A program made the position numbers and the translations under genes. The notes beneath the pieces were generated by a model. That model made no database searches, was not told the DNA's origin, and was given only the letters and a program-made list of their open reading frames with translations. A stretch of DNA of 64,000 bases, from assembly GCA_009691145.1 (NCBI GenBank), contig SHVG01000001.1, positions 13,308 to 77,307 on the forward strand, written 5' to 3'. Position 1 is the first letter of the stretch. Each line of letters starts with the position of its first letter. This DNA is from Candidatus Planktophila sp. Lineage in GTDB: Bacteria; Actinomycetota; Actinomycetes; Nanopelagicales; Nanopelagicaceae. Positions 60,514-64,000 of the stretch are shown here, piece by piece.

Positions 60514-61410
60514 ATGGGCAAAGCAGTAGTCGCTGTAGTCGGCAGCGCAATGATGGATCTAACGGCATATGCCAAGCTCTTGCCTGAGCCCGGTCAGACT
60601 TTAGTGGGTGATTTATTTACTACTGGTTTTGGCGGAAAAGGAGCTAACCAGGCGGTTATCGCCGCACATTGCGGAGCCGAAGTTCACTTTGTAGGCAAGT
60701 TAGGACGAGACCTCTTTGGCGATTCAATCGCTGAAAACTTTAAGCGCTTAGGTATTAATTCATTACATGTAGGGCGCAGTGATATCGCTACTGGAGTTGC
60801 GCATATCTGGGTTGATGGCAATGGTGAAAATCGGATAATAATAATTCCAGGTGCTAACAGTGAGATTGAGAGTGCGAAGGCCGTAGCTGCAATAGATTCA
60901 ATCGATAATTTAGCTGTTGTTATCGCTCAGTGTGAAATCAAGCAAGAGGTTACACTCGCAGCTTTTCGCGCAGCTAAAGAGCGTGGATGCACAACTATCT
61001 TAAACCCTGCTCCATTTCAACGGCTGAGCAGCGAACTCTTAGAGCTCACTGATTGGTTAATCCCAAATGAGACTGAGTTCCGAGAGCTCCATGGGGAGCT
61101 ACCTTCAAATGATGAGATCCTTAAAAGCTTTAGACCGGGTAAGAACTCAATCGTTACTCTTGGTGCACTCGGTGCCGTCTTGATACATGCAGATGGCACA
61201 ATCGAATGGATACCTGCCCCAGTAGTTAACGCAGTTGATACAACGGGTGCAGGTGATGCCTTTGTCGGAACATTTGCATATGGTTTAGCCAGCACAATGA
61301 GCCCGCTTGCCAGTGTCAAACTTGGAGTGAACGTTGCATCCTTAACTGTTACTAAAAAAGGTGCACAGTCTTCTTACCCAACTCAGGCCGAGATAGCAAC
61401 GCTTTCATAA
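60514..61410 (+). CDS. rbsK: Ribokinase (PfkB family)
   Basis: GGKGANQA, LNPAP, PNETE and VDTTGAGDAF. Confidence 0.94.
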   Translation: MGKAVVAVVGSAMMDLTAYAKLLPEPGQTLVGDLFTTGFGGKGANQAVIAAHCGAEVHFVGKLGRDLFGDSIAENFKRLGINSLHVGRSDIATGVAHIWVDGNGENRIIIIPGANSEIESAKAVAAIDSIDNLAVVIAQCEIKQEVTLAAFRAAKERGCTTILNPAPFQRLSSELLELTDWLIPNETEFRELHGELPSNDEILKSFRPGKNSIVTLGALGAVLIHADGTIEWIPAPVVNAVDTTGAGDAFVGTFAYGLASTMSPLASVKLGVNVASLTVTKKGAQSSYPTQAEIATLS

Positions 61411-62567
61411 CCTCGCAGTACAAAGGTTGGTCTGCGCACTGGCTCACTTGCAAGTGACATATCAGGATATTTTTCCCACAACGCTGGCAGAGAGACACCC
61501 ATCTCTAGGCGTGCAAGTGGAGCACCTAAACAAAAGTGAATCCCGGCGCCGAAGCCAATATGAGGATTTGGATCGCGCGTTATATCCATCTCATCGGCTC
61601 TATCAAATACTGCGCTATCTCTATTGGCCGAGCCAATGAGCGCTGCGATCTTCTGCCCCCTAGCGATTTTTACACCGCCGAGCTCGGTATCCTTGGTAGC
61701 CGTACGCTCAAATAACTGCAGCGGGGCGTCAAAGCGCATGAACTCCTCTACTGCAGTTTCGGTAAGGCCCCGTGGGTTCTGGCGCAGTAGCGCCAATTGA
61801 TCTGGCCGGCGTAGTAGTTCAACCATGCCGTTACCAAAGGCGTTCACACTAGCTTCGTGGCCGGCGTTTAACAGCAGGATGCAGGTGGCGATTAACTCTT
61901 GCATATTTAACTTCTCGCCATTTTCTTCGACCATCGCTAAATCGGTGATGAGATCTGTGCTCAGATTCTTCTTGCGAAGCTCGGCTAACCCACGTACGTA
62001 GGCAGCAAACTCGCCAGCAGCACTCTTTGCCTCAATCTGATACTGCGCAGATGGATTAACTTCATACATCTTTACGATCGCCTGCGACCACGGGCGCAAT
62101 AAATGCTCGTCGGAAGTTGGAAAACCCAATAAATCTGCGATGATTTTTACGGGCAATGGTTCGGCGTAATCTGCGATTAAATCAAAGCTCTCACCCGACT
62201 TAACTTTTATATCAATTGCATCCAATAACTCGGTGGTGATGCGCTCAATCGTAGGGCGCATGCCATCGATCTTGTTGCGATTAAAGGCTTTGGCAACTAG
62301 TGAGCGCAGGCGTGTGTGCTTAGGTGGCTCGCTATCTAATATCGAATCTGAGTGCAGCCAGTTAAAGGTATCCCACTCGAACTCGGGCTCCTTGTCTAGG
62401 AAGATACGTCCCAAAGACTTGTTGCGAAAGACATCGTTAGCATCGTTGTGGCAGGGCGCTAAGAACATATTTAAACCATCGTGCCAGATGGGTTTACCAA
62501 AGCTACGTAACTCTTTTAATCCAGCGTATGGATCTACGACAAATGCTGGATCGTTAAAATTGATCAT
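61383..62567 (-). CDS. Cytochrome P450 (CYP107-like)
   Basis: EPPKHTRLR, NAGHEAS, EEFMR (ExxR) and the FGAGIHFCLG heme motif. Confidence 0.95.
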   Translation of the reverse strand: MINFNDPAFVVDPYAGLKELRSFGKPIWHDGLNMFLAPCHNDANDVFRNKSLGRIFLDKEPEFEWDTFNWLHSDSILDSEPPKHTRLRSLVAKAFNRNKIDGMRPTIERITTELLDAIDIKVKSGESFDLIADYAEPLPVKIIADLLGFPTSDEHLLRPWSQAIVKMYEVNPSAQYQIEAKSAAGEFAAYVRGLAELRKKNLSTDLITDLAMVEENGEKLNMQELIATCILLLNAGHEASVNAFGNGMVELLRRPDQLALLRQNPRGLTETAVEEFMRFDAPLQLFERTATKDTELGGVKIARGQKIAALIGSANRDSAVFDRADEMDITRDPNPHIGFGAGIHFCLGAPLARLEMGVSLPALWEKYPDMSLASEPVRRPTFVLRGYESVAISA

Positions 62568-63661
62568 TACTCCGATGTGATTTTCTGATAGCCGGGTTTA
62601 ATAACGCTCTCAATAATCTTTAAACGCTCTGGGTATGGGATAAAGGCGCTCTTCATGGCGTTGATAGTCACACGTTGGAGCTCAGTGAAATCCCAACCAA
62701 ATGCCTTTACGGCCTCACTCATTTCAAATGACATCGATGTCTGACTCATCAATCGGTTATCGGTATTTAAAGTTATGCGAAAGCGCAGTTTAGCTAGCAG
62801 ACCAATAGGGTGTTCGGCATAGCTTTTTGCAGCCCCTGTTTGCAGATTAGATGTCGGGCAGAGCTCTAATGGAATCCGTCGATCTCGAACATAGGATGCG
62901 AGTTGTCCGAGCTTTGGTTCGGGCCATGAAAAATCGATGTCATCAATAATGCGCACACCATGCCCTAAACGCTCTGCACCGCACAACTGAATCGCCTCCC
63001 AGATCGACGGCAGACCATATGCCTCACCTGCGTGAATCGTGAAGTGGGCATCTTCTTTGCGAAGATAATCAAAAGTCTCTTTCTGATCACTAGGCGGAAA
63101 TCCATCTTCAGGCCCGGCGATATCAAAGCCAACAACACCCTTATGGCGATACTTCACAACTAATTCAGCAACTTCCTGTGAACGCTTGTTTTGTCGCATT
63201 CCACAGAGCAGTGAATAAACTGCAATCTCATGACCCTCGGCCTTGGCCTCTGCCATCCCCTGCTTATAACCTTCAAGTGTCGCCTCAATGACATCATCCA
63301 TTGAAAGCCCATTTTCGGTAAATAACTCTGGAGCCCCACGGACCTCGGCATAGACAACACCATCGCGTGCAAGATCGAGTGCACATTCGCGTGCAACGCG
63401 GATAATATCTTTGCGTCGCTGCATCACGGCGATAGTGTGTGAAAATGTTTCGAGGTATCTAACTAATGATCCTGAGTCACAGGATTCGCGGAACCACGTT
63501 GCTAACTCTTCGGCATTCTGAGTTGGCAGAGCTGTGTAACCAATCTCAGCTGCAATATCGATAATTGTTTGTGGGCGCAGACCGCCATCTAAGTGATCGT
63601 GCAAGAGAACCTTAGGAATACGCTTGATTTGATCGGCAGTTGGAAGGCTATTCATCGCCAT
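62567..63661 (-). CDS. add: Adenosine deaminase
   Basis: [32 protein letters not shown] and NTDN. Confidence 0.95.
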   Translation of the reverse strand: MAMNSLPTADQIKRIPKVLLHDHLDGGLRPQTIIDIAAEIGYTALPTQNAEELATWFRESCDSGSLVRYLETFSHTIAVMQRRKDIIRVARECALDLARDGVVYAEVRGAPELFTENGLSMDDVIEATLEGYKQGMAEAKAEGHEIAVYSLLCGMRQNKRSQEVAELVVKYRHKGVVGFDIAGPEDGFPPSDQKETFDYLRKEDAHFTIHAGEAYGLPSIWEAIQLCGAERLGHGVRIIDDIDFSWPEPKLGQLASYVRDRRIPLELCPTSNLQTGAAKSYAEHPIGLLAKLRFRITLNTDNRLMSQTSMSFEMSEAVKAFGWDFTELQRVTINAMKSAFIPYPERLKIIESVIKPGYQKITSE

Positions 63662-63674
63662 TGTCTGTGGCCCC

Positions 63675-64000
63675 TTAATCAGTAATTCGCTCAATTATAA
63701 GCGGCAATCTATCTACCTTTCCACCAGCGGCTAAATCACCGATTTGTACGCTATCAATAAGTGATTCCTGGGCGCGCGCAAAGGCTGCAGGTGTATCGGT
63801 ATGCAATGTAAATAGCGGTGCTCCGCTGGCAACAACATCGCCGGGTTTGGCGTGGATTTCAATGCCGGCACCGGCCTGTACCGCTTCACCTTGGCGCGAT
63901 CGCCCAGCACCTAAGCGCCATGCAGCTAGACCTACTTTCATCGCATCCATACTCAGAATAGTTCCAGAGGAGTGCGCAGTAACAACCATGTTCTCCTTTG
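63675..64000 (-). CDS. deoA: Thymidine/pyrimidine-nucleoside phosphorylase, C-terminal part (truncated by the window)
   Basis: [16 protein letters not shown]...[15 protein letters not shown]...PLFTLH. Confidence 0.9.
   Translation of the reverse strand, partial: KENMVVTAHSSGTILSMDAMKVGLAAWRLGAGRSRQGEAVQAGAGIEIHAKPGDVVASGAPLFTLHTDTPAAFARAQESLIDSVQIGDLAAGGKVDRLPLIIERITD

Noticed and set aside
1-64000. CRISPR arrays, IS elements, prophage, defence systems, rRNA
   Set aside because: I saw no spaced repeats, transposase, integrase, phage or defence motifs. Nearly all sequence is accounted for by core genes.

Overview
This 64 kb window is gene-dense core chromosome (GC roughly 50% by eye) from a streamlined actinobacterium. 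The gene content and order, tiny or overlapping intergenic spaces and frequent leaderless starts fit a freshwater acI / Nanopelagicales-type genome (inference). It holds about 65 CDS and one tRNA-Arg(CCG); I saw no mobile element, CRISPR array or rRNA. The main blocks are msrAB, whiB1-pdtaS, a SAF/ATPase-like operon, secA-comF-mtrAB-ahcY-manB, the whiB2/GT2 cluster, dapC-fdxA, cysS-mshB-moeZ, a DEAD helicase, mrp-tatB-htrA, dapD, a wzm/wzt-LCP-ugd envelope cluster, purKE, an acyl-CoA carboxylase and a large nucleoside salvage/catabolism cluster. Most notable: (1) purE with an in-frame internal deletion, beside a purK with altered catalytic motifs; (2) a cytochrome P450 with an EryF-like Thr-to-Ala I-helix, translationally coupled to adenosine deaminase; (3) a stand-alone sigma region-4 mini-protein; (4) a DnaA-box cluster upstream of a SAF plus degenerate-ATPase operon; (5) an 18-bp palindromic bidirectional leaderless promoter; (6) an AhcY of a type atypical for actinomycetes; (7) an eroded LacI gene. 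All calls come from motif recognition and recalled synteny; no database searches were run.
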